Shown here: positions 1 through 8,766 of the stretch, in pieces | Layout: each line of letters starts with the position of its first letter | How positions within the stretch are numbered: position 1 is the stretch's first letter | NCBI GenBank assembly: GCA_025352345.1 | Contig: JANXTP010000394.1 | Location: 1 to 37,913 of the forward strand | Source of the DNA: Burkholderiales bacterium | Lineage (GTDB): Bacteria > Pseudomonadota > Gammaproteobacteria > Burkholderiales > Burkholderiaceae_C | DNA: 37,913 nucleotides | Direction of reading: 5' to 3' | Notes under the pieces: generated by a model | Told to the model about the DNA's origin: nothing | The model's database searches: none | Seen by the model: only the letters and a program-made list of their open reading frames with translations | Translations under genes and position numbers: made by a program

Positions 1-347
1 GCATCGTCCAGGCCGAAGCGCCCCGCCTCGACGACGAACAGCACCACATCGACATCGGCCAGCACACTGTGCACCGTCTTGTTCAACGTGCGGTTCATCG
101 CGGCCGCGTAGCGTGTTTGGAACCCGGGGGTGTCTACGAACACGAACTGTGAGCCACCGACAGTGCGGATGCCGGTGATGCGGTGGCGTGTGGTCTGCGC
201 CTTGGCCGAGGTGATGCTGACCTTCTGCCCGACCAGCGCGTTGAGCAGCGTGCTCTTGCCGACGTTCGGGCGACCGACGATGGCGACCAGGCCACAACGC
301 TGGCTCTCAGGCTCGACGGCAGCGGACGTTTCTACAGGTTCGGTCAT
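1..347 (-). CDS. era: GTPase Era, N-terminal part (gene runs off the left edge)
   Basis: Not in the ORF track because there is no stop in the window. My reverse-strand translation from the ATG at 347..345 reads [62 protein letters not shown]...[10 protein letters not shown]. It has the G1 P-loop GRPNVGKST and the G3 motif DTPG. It lies directly downstream of rnc, as in the conserved rnc-era operon. Confidence 0.9.
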   Translation of the reverse strand, partial: MTEPVETSAAVEPESQRCGLVAIVGRPNVGKSTLLNALVGQKVSITSAKAQTTRHRITGIRTVGGSQFVFVDTPGFQTRYAAAMNRTLNKTVHSVLADVDVVLFVVEAGRFGLDD

Positions 348-398
348 GGACAGGCAGTCATGGAAGATCTCGGCGCGGCACGGCAGACGCCGTATAGC

Positions 399-1103
399 TC
401 AGGAGCGCAGCGGACTGCCCGGCTGATCGGTCGCCTTCAAGGCATCGAGCATACGGCGTGCGGCCTCCTGCTCAGCAAGACGCCGGGAGCGGCCTTCGCC
501 CGTGTGCGTCATGTTGAGGGTCGGCACTTCGCATTCGACCTCGAAGGTCTGCGCATGGGCCTGGCCGCGGGTCGCGCTGATGCGGTAGCTGGGGACGGGC
601 AGGCGCCGCGCCTGCAGCCATTCCTGCAGCTCGGTTTTCGCGTCCTTCGCCCAGCTACCGATGTCGGTGGTGTTGATGACATCGCCGAACAGCCGCTGCA
701 CCAGCGCACGGGCCGAGGCGAAACCGCCATCGACGAAAGTGGCACCGATGATCGCTTCCAGCGCGTCGGCCAGGATCGACGCGCGCTGCGCGCCGCCACC
801 ACGGGCCTCGCCGTCGCTCAGGCGCAGCACCTCGGGCAGGCCCTGCAACACCGCCACCTTGTGCAGGCTGTCTTCGCGCACCAGGTGCGCACGCACGCGG
901 GTCAGGTCACCCTCGTCGGAGCCGGCGAAACGCTCGTAGAGCAGGTTGGAGATCGCCAAACTGAGCACCGCATCGCCGAGGAATTCCAGCCGCTCGTTGT
1001 GATCGGCGCTGAAACTGCGATGGGTCAACGCCAGGGCGAGCAGGCTCGGGTCGGAAAAACGGTGCCCGAGGCGGCGCTGCAGGGCGTCGAGGCGAGGGTC
1101 CAT
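399..1103 (-). CDS. rnc: Ribonuclease III
   Basis: Lies inside track ORF 399..1556. The ATG at 1103 gives 234 aa starting MDPRLDALQRRLGHRFSDPSLLALALTHRSF. It carries the RNase III signature ERLEFLGDAVL and a C-terminal dsRBD-like tail. The upstream part of the track ORF is Arg/Gly-rich and overlaps the next gene. Confidence 0.93.
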   Translation of the reverse strand: MDPRLDALQRRLGHRFSDPSLLALALTHRSFSADHNERLEFLGDAVLSLAISNLLYERFAGSDEGDLTRVRAHLVREDSLHKVAVLQGLPEVLRLSDGEARGGGAQRASILADALEAIIGATFVDGGFASARALVQRLFGDVINTTDIGSWAKDAKTELQEWLQARRLPVPSYRISATRGQAHAQTFEVECEVPTLNMTHTGEGRSRRLAEQEAARRMLDALKATDQPGSPLRS

Positions 1104-1147
1104 CGAGGGGGGACGAGCGAGGCGATCGACAGCGCAGCCCGGCCGAC

Positions 1148-1519
1148 CTAGCGGGAGCGGCCTTCGTACTTGATCAACACGAACACCGGTGCCATCAACT
1201 CGATTTCCTTGTTGTAGGCGAAGCGGACGACGATCCGGTCGTTCTCTTTGGTGATGTCGAGGTCCTTGGAGGTGATTGACTGGATCGAGTACTCGATGTC
1301 CTTCTGCTTCTCGAACGCAGCACGGATTTCCGGCACCGTGGAGCCACCCTCCAGCGCCACTTTGTTGACGGCCTTCTGGATCGTGAAGAACTCGTTGAGC
1401 GTGGGCAGCACGCGCATCCCCAGCAGCGCGATGAAGCCGACGATGATCGCCCAGAACAGCAGGCCCAGTAGGGTGATGCCGTGCTGTTGTCGCCCTACCC
1501 GATGCCGCTTGCTCATCAT
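1148..1519 (-). CDS. Small membrane-anchored protein (DUF4845-like by position and shape)
   Basis: Lies inside track ORF 1148..1594. ATGATG at 1519 gives ~123 aa starting MMSKRHRVGRQQHGITLLGLLFWAIIVGFIALLGMRVL. This is a basic N-terminus, one TM helix and then a soluble domain. It sits between lepB and rnc, as in Burkholderiales. The family name is from memory and is not verified. Confidence 0.65.
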   Translation of the reverse strand: MMSKRHRVGRQQHGITLLGLLFWAIIVGFIALLGMRVLPTLNEFFTIQKAVNKVALEGGSTVPEIRAAFEKQKDIEYSIQSITSKDLDITKENDRIVVRFAYNKEIELMAPVFVLIKYEGRSR

Positions 1520-1590
1520 GCGTTGATGCTCCAGGTGATCCGGGTGCACCGAGCACCCCATGTCATTGGCTATTTTCGGCGAAGTCCCGG

Positions 1591-2556
1591 TCAATGGAAG
1601 AACCCGATTCGACTCACATTACCGAAATTCATCCAGACCAGAAAGGCGCGGCCGACGATGTTCTCATCAGGGACGAAGCCCCAGTAGCGGGAATCCTCGG
1701 AGTGATCGCGGTTGTCACCCATCATGAAGTAGTGGCCCGCAGGCACCTTGCAGGTCACGCCCTCGACGGTGTAGGTGCAGTTCTCACGGAACGCATAGTC
1801 GTCGATCGCACGCGCGTAGCTTGGCTGGGTTCGATCGACGAGGATGTGGTGTGCCTGAGCGCCCGCGCCTTCGATGTATTGCTTCTCGTAACGCAGCGCA
1901 TCTTCGTTGTAGAAATCCGGCAGGGGCTGCGACGGTATCAGCGCACCGTTGAGGTAGAGGAGTTGGTTGCGGTAGGAAATCTCGTCGCCCGGGATGCCGA
2001 CGACCCGCTTGATGTAGTCGACGCTCGGGTTGCGCGGGTAGCGGAACACCATCACGTCGCCGCGCTCGGGATCGTGGTTCGGGATGATCTTCTTGTTGAT
2101 CACCGGCAGCCGGATGCCGTAGTGGAATTTGTTGACCAGAATCAAGTCGCCGACCAGCAAGGTCGGGATCATCGATCCCGAGGGAATCTTGAACGGCTCG
2201 AACAGAAACGAGCGCAGCAGGAACACGACCAAGATGACCGGGAACAGACCAGCGGTCCAGTCCAGCCACCAGGGTTGGGCCAGCAGTGTCTGGCGGGCCT
2301 GGCTGACGTCGCCATCGACCTTGTCGATGCCTTTGGCCGCAAGCTGCGCACGACGCGCCTCGGCCTGCACGTCAAGCGCGTTGGCCGCCGCCAACCGGCG
2401 CGGCGCGAAGTAGAAGCGCTCGACCAACCAGTACGCCATCGTGACCACCGTCAGCACCAGCAGCAGCAACGAGAAATTGCCAGTCCACTTGCCGACGTAC
2501 CAGCCACCCAGGAAAACAATCAGACAGCCATAGAGCAAACCGGTCAACGCACTCAT
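1591..2556 (-). CDS. lepB: Signal peptidase I
   Basis: Lies inside track ORF 1591..2691. The ATG at 2556 overlaps the lepA stop (ATGA) and gives 321 aa. It has the catalytic-Ser box SGSMIPTL and the C-terminal box GDNRDHSEDSRYWGFV. Confidence 0.93.
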   Translation of the reverse strand: MSALTGLLYGCLIVFLGGWYVGKWTGNFSLLLLVLTVVTMAYWLVERFYFAPRRLAAANALDVQAEARRAQLAAKGIDKVDGDVSQARQTLLAQPWWLDWTAGLFPVILVVFLLRSFLFEPFKIPSGSMIPTLLVGDLILVNKFHYGIRLPVINKKIIPNHDPERGDVMVFRYPRNPSVDYIKRVVGIPGDEISYRNQLLYLNGALIPSQPLPDFYNEDALRYEKQYIEGAGAQAHHILVDRTQPSYARAIDDYAFRENCTYTVEGVTCKVPAGHYFMMGDNRDHSEDSRYWGFVPDENIVGRAFLVWMNFGNVSRIGFFH

Positions 2557-4364
2557 CAGTCTTCCACTTGGAGTATGGCCAGAAATGCCTCTTGCGGCAC
2601 CTCCACCGAGCCGATCTGTTTCATGCGCTTTTTGCCCGCCTTCTGCTTGTCGAGCAGCTTGCGTTTGCGCGAAATATCGCCGCCGTAGCACTTGGCAATC
2701 ACGTTCTTTCGGAGCGCTTTGATTGTCTCACGCGCGATGATGTTGGCCCCGATCGCCGCCTGGATCGCGACGTCGTATTGCTGGCGCGAAATCAGCTCAC
2801 GCATCTTGGCAACCACCGCGCGGCTGCGGTACTGGCTCTGGCTGCGGTGCACGATGATGGACAGCGCATCGACCTTGTCGCCGTTGAGCAGGATGTCGAC
2901 CTTGACGACATCGGCGGCGCGGTATTCCTTGAACTCGTAGTCCATCGAGGCATAGCCGCGGGAGACGCTTTTGAGCTTGTCGAAAAAATCGAGCACGATC
3001 TCGGCCAGCGGCATCTCGTAGGTCAACATCACCTGGCGACCGTGATACGCCATGTTGAGCTGGTTGCCGCGCTTCAGGTTGGCCAGCGTCATCACCGGGC
3101 CTACATAGTCCTGCGGCATGTACAGGTGCACGGTGACGATGGGCTCGCGGATTTCGTTGATGCGGCCGAGGTCGGGCATCTTCGACGGGTTGTCGACCTG
3201 GATCACCGTCTTGTCGCCGAGCTCGACCTGGTAGACGACGCTCGGCGCGGTGGTGATCAGGTCCTGGTCGAACTCGCGCTCAAGCCGTTCCTGCACGATC
3301 TCCATGTGCAGCAGGCCGAGAAAGCCGCAGCGGAAGCCGAAGCCCAGCGCCTGACTGACCTCGGGCTCGTAACGCAGCGACGAGTCGTTGAGCTTCAACT
3401 TTTCCAGCGCGTCGCGCAGTTGGTCGTATTCGCTGGCCTCAGTCGGGTACAGGCCGGCAAACACCTGCGGCTGGATTTCCTTGAAGCCAGGCAGTGCCTC
3501 GCTGGCGGGGCCGAGGTTGTTTGGCAGCTTCTTTTCCAACGTGATGGTGTCGCCGACCTTCGCCGCCTGCAGTTCCTTGATGCCGGCCACGATGAACCCG
3601 ACCTCACCTGCGTTGAGACGATCGCGCGGCACCGACTTGGGTGTGAAAACACCCAGGTTGTCAGCGCCGTAAACCGCGTCGCTGGCCATCATCCGGATCC
3701 GCTCGCCCTTGATCAGCGTGCCGTCGACCACCCGCACCAGCATCACCACACCGACGTAATTGTCGAACCAGGAGTCGACGATCATCGCGCGCAGCGGCGC
3801 CTCGGGGTTGCCGCGTGGCGCGGGCATGCGGGTGATCACTGCTTCGAGAATCTCGTCGATGCCCATGCCAGTCTTGGCGCTGCACGGGATCGCATGGTCG
3901 GCGTCGATGCCGATCACGTCTTCGATCTCCGACTTCGCGTTCTCGGGGTCGGCGTTCGGCAGATCCATCTTGTTCAAGACCGGGATCACCTCGACGCCGA
4001 GATCGAGCGCGGTGTAGCAGTTGGCCACCGTCTGCGCCTCGACGCCCTGGCTCGCATCGACCACCAGCAACGCACCTTCGCAGGCCGACAGCGAGCGGCT
4101 CACTTCATACGAGAAGTCGACGTGCCCCGGCGTGTCGATCAGGTTCAGGTTGTAGACCTTGCCATCGCGCGCCTTGTATTCGAGCGATGCGGTCTGCGCC
4201 TTGATCGTGATGCCGCGCTCGCGCTCGATGTCCATCGAGTCGAGCACCTGTGCTTCCATCTCGCGATCGGAGAGACCCCCGCAACGTTGAATCAAACGAT
4301 CGGCGAGCGTGCTCTTGCCGTGATCGATGTGGGCAATGATCGAAAAATTTCGGATGTGATCCAT
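2556..4364 (-). CDS. lepA: Elongation factor 4 (LepA)
   Basis: The 602-aa ORF starts [24 protein letters not shown] (G1). It also has DTPGHVDF (G3) and NKMD (G4). Length is typical of LepA. Confidence 0.97.
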   Translation of the reverse strand: MDHIRNFSIIAHIDHGKSTLADRLIQRCGGLSDREMEAQVLDSMDIERERGITIKAQTASLEYKARDGKVYNLNLIDTPGHVDFSYEVSRSLSACEGALLVVDASQGVEAQTVANCYTALDLGVEVIPVLNKMDLPNADPENAKSEIEDVIGIDADHAIPCSAKTGMGIDEILEAVITRMPAPRGNPEAPLRAMIVDSWFDNYVGVVMLVRVVDGTLIKGERIRMMASDAVYGADNLGVFTPKSVPRDRLNAGEVGFIVAGIKELQAAKVGDTITLEKKLPNNLGPASEALPGFKEIQPQVFAGLYPTEASEYDQLRDALEKLKLNDSSLRYEPEVSQALGFGFRCGFLGLLHMEIVQERLEREFDQDLITTAPSVVYQVELGDKTVIQVDNPSKMPDLGRINEIREPIVTVHLYMPQDYVGPVMTLANLKRGNQLNMAYHGRQVMLTYEMPLAEIVLDFFDKLKSVSRGYASMDYEFKEYRAADVVKVDILLNGDKVDALSIIVHRSQSQYRSRAVVAKMRELISRQQYDVAIQAAIGANIIARETIKALRKNVIAKCYGGDISRKRKLLDKQKAGKKRMKQIGSVEVPQEAFLAILQVED

Positions 4365-4480
4365 GCTGACGGCGAGTGTTCTTCAGTGGAGCTTCGATGA
4401 GGGACCAAAACGGCGCAGCCGTTTCAGCGAAAGCTCATATCGCGTAGCGATGTGGATAGCCGCAGACCTGTGCTGAAGCT

Positions 4481-4512
4481 AAAAAAAAGGCACGTCGAAC
4501 GATTGACGCGCC
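4481..4512 (-). terminator. Rho-independent terminator (minus strand)
   Basis: The minus strand reads GGCGCGTC-AATCGTTC-GACGTGCC followed by T8. This is an 8-bp GC-rich stem with one G.U pair, an 8-nt loop and a U8 tail. It lies 249 nt downstream of the degP/mucD stop and upstream of lepA. Confidence 0.7.
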
Positions 4513-4760
4513 TTCCAACAAAAATGTTTGGCAACTGCTTGTTGGGATTTCATTGTAGCCAAAAGCATGGCCGCAGAACCGCGCCAGTGCTTGTTTAGCG
4601 ATCGTTGCGCATCGCCAACAGAAAACTTATGCACATTTTATACACAGACCAGAGAAGCTATTTCCATGCCTTGGAGACTCTCTGGGACGGCTTTGCGTCC
4701 TGGGCTTGTGGAAGTGAGCAGATTCAAGAATGTAAGCGCTCGCAAACAAAAGACTTTGAA

Positions 4761-6263
4761 TCACCGAGCGGGGCGGATCACGATGTAGTTGACCCATTCG
4801 CCGCGCTTGACCAGCAGGGTCACCGATTTCGGCTTGTCCAGCTTGCCGATGGCCGCCTCGAACTGCTTGACACTGGTGATTTCGGTCTTGTCGAGCGACA
4901 GGATGATGTCGCCCTCGCGGATGCCCGCCTTGGCCGCCGCGCCTTCGATGGCTTCGACCCGAACGCCGTTCTTGACCTTGAGTTCGGTTTTCTGCGCGTC
5001 GCTCAGGTCGGACACCGCCAGCCCCAGCAAGCCGATCACCGCCGGAGGCTTGGGGGCGTTGCGCTCGACCGGGGCGCTGCGGGGTCGCTCGGCTTCGAGT
5101 TCGACGACGGTCACGCTCAACTCCTTGGCCGCGCCGCGGCGGAACACCTCGAGCGTCGCCTTGGTGCCCGGTTTGGCGCTGCCGACGATGCGCGGCAGGT
5201 CGCCCGCCTTGTCGATCGTGCGGCCGTCGAAACGGGTGATGATGTCGCCCGCTTCGACCCCGGCCTGGTCCGCAGGACCGCCGGCTTCGACGCTGCGCAC
5301 CATCGCACCACTGGGCTTGCCCAGGCCGATCGACTCCGCCACTTCCTTGGTCACCTGGTCGATCTGCACCCCGATGCGCCCGCGGATCACACGCCCGCTG
5401 CTGCGCAGCTGGTCGGCGACACGAATTGCTTCATCGATGGGAATGGCGAACGAGATGCCGATGAAGTTGCCAGAGCGGCTGTAGATCTGCGAATTGATGC
5501 CGACGACTTCACCGCGCATGTTGATCAGCGGGCCGCCGGAATTGCCCGGGTTGATGGCCACGTCGGTCTGGATGAACGGCAGGAAGTCGCCGGTGTCGCG
5601 CGCCTTGGCACTGACGATGCCGGCGGTGACGGTGTTGTCGAGCCCGAATGGTGAACCGATGGCGATGACCCACTCCCCGACCTTCAAGCGGCTGACGTCA
5701 CCGACACGCACCGCCTGCAAGCCGGTCGCCTCGATCTTCACCACCGCGACGTCGGTCCGCTTGTCGGCGCCGATCACGCGGGCCTTGAATTCGCGCTGGT
5801 CGGTCAGCGTGACGAACACTTCCTCGGCACCTTCGACCACGTGCGCATTGGTCATCACATAACCGTCGGCATTCAAGATGAAGCCGGAGCCCACGCCGCG
5901 CTGTTGCGGTTCGCTTTCCTGAGGGGAAGGCTGCTGGGGCGTGCGCTTCGGACTTTGCTGGCCAGGAATCGGCACACCGAACCGCTTGAAGAACTCAAGC
6001 ATGTCCTCGTCCATCTGCGGCGCGCCATTGCCGCGGGCCGCCCGATGCCGCTCGGTCGTGCGGATGTTGACGACCGATCCGCCCACGTTCTCGACCAGCA
6101 CGGTGAAGTCGGGCAGACTTTGCGCGTGCGCGACGGTGTGCAGGCCGCCGAGGGACAGCACCATCGATGCCGACAGACAGCCAACGGCACGACGCCACCC
6201 ATGCAGGGTTGGCGAAAGGACGAGATGAAAACCAGCGCGGGTCCAGCGGGATGACGTCTGCAT
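4761..6263 (-). CDS. degP: Periplasmic Do/DegP-family serine endoprotease (MucD-type), two PDZ domains
   Basis: Lies inside track ORF 4761..6368. The ATG at 6263 is downstream of the rseB stop and gives 500 aa. The signal-peptide-like N-terminus ends ...LGGLHTVAHAQ. It has the protease motifs TNAHVV and NPGNSGGPLIN, followed by two PDZ-like segments. Confidence 0.9.
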   Translation of the reverse strand: MQTSSRWTRAGFHLVLSPTLHGWRRAVGCLSASMVLSLGGLHTVAHAQSLPDFTVLVENVGGSVVNIRTTERHRAARGNGAPQMDEDMLEFFKRFGVPIPGQQSPKRTPQQPSPQESEPQQRGVGSGFILNADGYVMTNAHVVEGAEEVFVTLTDQREFKARVIGADKRTDVAVVKIEATGLQAVRVGDVSRLKVGEWVIAIGSPFGLDNTVTAGIVSAKARDTGDFLPFIQTDVAINPGNSGGPLINMRGEVVGINSQIYSRSGNFIGISFAIPIDEAIRVADQLRSSGRVIRGRIGVQIDQVTKEVAESIGLGKPSGAMVRSVEAGGPADQAGVEAGDIITRFDGRTIDKAGDLPRIVGSAKPGTKATLEVFRRGAAKELSVTVVELEAERPRSAPVERNAPKPPAVIGLLGLAVSDLSDAQKTELKVKNGVRVEAIEGAAAKAGIREGDIILSLDKTEITSVKQFEAAIGKLDKPKSVTLLVKRGEWVNYIVIRPAR

Positions 6264-6333
6264 GTTCGGTACTCTTGTCTCAAGAAGGCGGCCGCCGACA
6301 GCACAGTGATCGCATCGGCCAAAAACAGAAAGC

Positions 6334-7413
6334 TTACTTGTTCCGATCCACCGCCTCATAAAAGGCACGCAGCGTCACCCGCGGCACGTCGCCGACCACA
6401 GTGATCCAGAAATCGCCCTGGCGGCTCATCAGCGTCTGCGTGGCGCCGACGACGGTGATCCTCGGCCGCGGGTGCCGGTCTTCGTTGTACGGTTCGATGA
6501 ACAGCGACACATTGGTGATGCCATCGGAAAACACGGCCTGGATCAACTGATTGGCAGCCGATTTCCGATCAGCCGGAGCGAGCATGTCGAACGGCCTGCG
6601 GATGCAACTCAGCTGCCGAAAGCCTGCCACCGTCTTGCGCAGCTTCCAGCCTTCGGCTTCGAGCCGGGTCGGCGTTAACTGCGGTTTGACGACGCGGTAG
6701 CCAGCCAGCTTGCGCATCGGCAGCAAGACCATGTCGGGCTGCGAGCGCACGCCGATGTGCACGTCTGAAAACGCCGAGGTCTCCAGCGTTTCGCCCAGCG
6801 CGTTGAGGATTTCGGCGCGCAGCAGCAAGCCGCTTTGCTTGTCGGTCCACAGTCGATAGCCGTAGCGGAACTCGTCGCGCGGCTTGAGCATCAGCACATT
6901 GGCATCGTGCCCAGCGACGCGCTCGGCAGGCTGGAGGCTCACGTCGTAGAAATCGGCCACATGGTCGTCGGCGTCCTGCAGCAGGGACGGAAACGAATTG
7001 AGCACATCGCGCTGTTCGATCAGCGTGACCTTGTCGAAGGGCCACACGGTGTGCACCATACCGTTGTGGCGCAGCACTTGGCGGGCTTGCCCATCCAGCG
7101 GCTCGATGCGCTCGAACTGGTCGGTTCCATCGTAGAAATGCGAGATGCGCGCACTGGTCATCGCGCCCGACGAGCTGATGACGAAGGTGCCTTGAAAATT
7201 TCGCTGGTTCGCCGCGTTGTGGATGCGCGTCAACCACTCCCTGACTTCCTGCGGCTCGACCGCCACACCGGGGACAGCTACGGCCTGGCCCACGGCCATC
7301 AGCAGCATCAACAGCACGATCAGCCCCGAGCCTGCCGAAACCACCCGCGACCGGCGCCGATCCGCGGCGTGCGAGTTCAATGGATCACCGCTCAGGAATT
7401 TCGACAGCCGCAT
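6334..7413 (-). CDS. rseB: Sigma-E regulatory protein RseB/MucB
   Basis: Lies inside track ORF 6334..7458. The ATG at 7413 gives MRLSKFLSGDPLNSHAADRRRSRVVSAGSGLIVLLMLLMAVGQAVA (signal peptide), followed by EWLTRIHNAANQRNFQGTFV, which is typical of MucB/RseB. This start overlaps the rseA 3' end by 29 nt, so the exact start is uncertain. Confidence 0.8.
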   Translation of the reverse strand: MRLSKFLSGDPLNSHAADRRRSRVVSAGSGLIVLLMLLMAVGQAVAVPGVAVEPQEVREWLTRIHNAANQRNFQGTFVISSSGAMTSARISHFYDGTDQFERIEPLDGQARQVLRHNGMVHTVWPFDKVTLIEQRDVLNSFPSLLQDADDHVADFYDVSLQPAERVAGHDANVLMLKPRDEFRYGYRLWTDKQSGLLLRAEILNALGETLETSAFSDVHIGVRSQPDMVLLPMRKLAGYRVVKPQLTPTRLEAEGWKLRKTVAGFRQLSCIRRPFDMLAPADRKSAANQLIQAVFSDGITNVSLFIEPYNEDRHPRPRITVVGATQTLMSRQGDFWITVVGDVPRVTLRAFYEAVDRNK

Positions 7414-8077
7414 TGCGCAGCAGGCCCGAGGTCGGCCCGAGCACCGAGGTGCCGGCAAACTGCTTGTGGGCCGACAGGTACCGATCCAGCCGCGGATCGC
7501 GAATGACTTGGCCGTCGAAGACCAGTTCCATCCCTGCGGGGTACACCTCGGAAGGCGGTGCGACGTCTTCTGTTCTGCTGACCTTGATCAGCGAGTTCGA
7601 GGAACTGCCCGCCGGCGCCATCGCCACTTGCGGCACGGCAACCGGATTCACCGCAGGATGCTGGATCCCGACGACGGCACCGACCACCACCACGAACCCC
7701 GCCGCCAAGGCCATCGGAAGTGCCCAGGCACGCGCCGGCCGAACGACGGGCGGCGCCCCCCCCCCTTGACCCGCCGGCTCCGCAGCAGGATGCTGCACCG
7801 GCCGAGGCGCCAGGACGACCGGTTCGGCCGCCATGCGTTTGCGGAAGTCGCGCAGAAACTGCTCGTCACTGGCGCACGACTGCGCCAGGTCTTCGCAGCG
7901 CATGACGTCGCCGATCAGACTGTAGGCATGCCAGGTGTCACGGCTGCACACATCGGTGCGCCATTCCGAACAAATGCGCTCAACCGGGCCGCCCAGCAAC
8001 TCACCGTCGAGCAATGCCGACAGTTCCTCGCCTCGTGCGCGCCCCGGGTCGGATCCTGAACCCGAATGATCTGCCAT
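7385..8077 (-). CDS. rseA: Anti-sigma-E factor RseA/MucA
   Basis: Lies inside track ORF 7385..8107. The ATG at 8077 gives 230 aa. The N-terminal anti-sigma motif reads ELSALLDGEL...WHAYSLIGDVMR. There is a single central TM helix, WALPMALAAGFVVVVGAVVGI. It is located between rpoE and rseB. Confidence 0.82.
   Translation of the reverse strand: MADHSGSGSDPGRARGEELSALLDGELLGGPVERICSEWRTDVCSRDTWHAYSLIGDVMRCEDLAQSCASDEQFLRDFRKRMAAEPVVLAPRPVQHPAAEPAGQGGGAPPVVRPARAWALPMALAAGFVVVVGAVVGIQHPAVNPVAVPQVAMAPAGSSSNSLIKVSRTEDVAPPSEVYPAGMELVFDGQVIRDPRLDRYLSAHKQFAGTSVLGPTSGLLRNAAVEIPER
7756..7765 (-). repeat. Homopolymeric G10 tract (C10 on + strand) within rseA coding sequence
   Basis: Read directly. The + strand is ...ggcg cccccccccc ttgac.... 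The coding strand is CAA GGG GGG GGG GCG, encoding Q-G-G-G-A. It is the longest homopolymer I noticed in the window. Confidence 0.95.
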
Positions 8078-8145
8078 GACAATCTCCTGTCCCACCCCAA
8101 CACACATCGCCCGACGACCTGACTGCGGTCAGCGCCCATCCATGG

Positions 8146-8766
8146 TCACCACCGTTCGCCGACCCGAGTGTCCAATAAAGGTCGTAAACGCAGTGCAATA
8201 GCCTCCCGTGCGCGAAAAATCCGGGAGCGCACGGTGCCGATCGGGCAATTCATCAATTCTGCAATTTCTTCGTAGCTCAATCCCTCGATCTCGCGCAACG
8301 TGATCGCCTGCCGCAGATCTTCGGACAACGCGTCGATGGCGGCATTGACCGTCATCGCCACTTCCTTGCTCGCCAGCAGCGATTCCGGCGTTTCACCGTC
8401 GGTTAGTTCGTTCTCGGTGCGGGAAGTTTCATCGTCGTCGTCATGAGACACACGTGAAGACTCCGTCACCAGCAGGTCGCGTTTGAGTTCACCCAGCGCT
8501 TTCTTGGCGGTGTTGACCGCAATCCGGTACAGCCAGGTGTAGAACGCGCTTTCACCGCGGAACTGCGGAATGGCCCGGTAGGCGCGGATGAAGGTTTCCT
8601 GAGCGATGTCGGGCACCAGATCGACATCCCGGACCATGCGCCCGATCAGCCGTTCAATGCGGCGTTGGTACTTGACCACCAGCATTTCGAAGGCCTTGAC
8701 GTCACCCTGCTTGACCCGATCGATCAGCGGCGCGTCAGCGTCGGGGGCGTTGATGCGCTCAACCAA
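8146..8766 (-). CDS. rpoE: ECF RNA polymerase sigma factor sigma-E (RpoE/AlgU)
   Basis: The track ORF is 8146..8829 (GTG start). It shows region 2 (FYTWLYRIAVNTAK) and region 4 (LSYEEIAELMNCPIGTVRSRIFRAREAI). I prefer the TTG at 8766, which gives 206 aa. Its N-terminal length then matches E. coli RpoE, and it forms a TTGGTTGA junction with the upstream ORF stop. The GTG at 8829 and the ATG at 8820 remain possible starts. Confidence 0.88.
   Translation of the reverse strand: MVERINAPDADAPLIDRVKQGDVKAFEMLVVKYQRRIERLIGRMVRDVDLVPDIAQETFIRAYRAIPQFRGESAFYTWLYRIAVNTAKKALGELKRDLLVTESSRVSHDDDDETSRTENELTDGETPESLLASKEVAMTVNAAIDALSEDLRQAITLREIEGLSYEEIAELMNCPIGTVRSRIFRAREAIALRLRPLLDTRVGERW

Noticed and set aside
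183-1151. 322-aa + strand ORF. Similar antisense ORFs are 1594..2688 (+), 8606..9781 (+), 16092..17135 (-), 17832..18950 (+) and 20711..21697 (-).
   Set aside because: Each lies antisense to, or out of frame within, a gene with strong family signatures (rnc/era, lepB, rpoE/fabF, maf/methylase, rhlE, rfbD/rfbA). All are Arg/Ala/Gly/Pro-rich GC artefacts.
2568-4400. 610-aa + strand ORF.
   Set aside because: It is a mirror frame of lepA, whose own translation carries complete GTPase motifs. The composition is Arg/Val/Asp/His-rich and no motifs are present.
4430-4520. 29-aa minus-strand ORF (MLLATMKSQQAVAKHFCWKARQSFDVPFF).
   Set aside because: It reads through both arms of the terminator hairpin and the U8 tract, and it has no SD. 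It is more likely RNA structure than a micro-protein.
4529-4544. TGGCAA-N-TTGTT motif resembling a sigma-54 -24/-12 element.
   Set aside because: The GG-to-(G)C spacing is off by one and the -12 element is GT rather than GC. It faces the 3' end of degP on the + strand, with nothing to transcribe.
4528-4788. 86-aa + strand ORF (TTG start) in the AT-richer mucD-lepA spacer.
   Set aside because: It has no SD and a non-ATG start. It runs antisense into the degP 3' end, and its composition is unlike that of the neighbouring genes. The strand-specific terminator points the other way.
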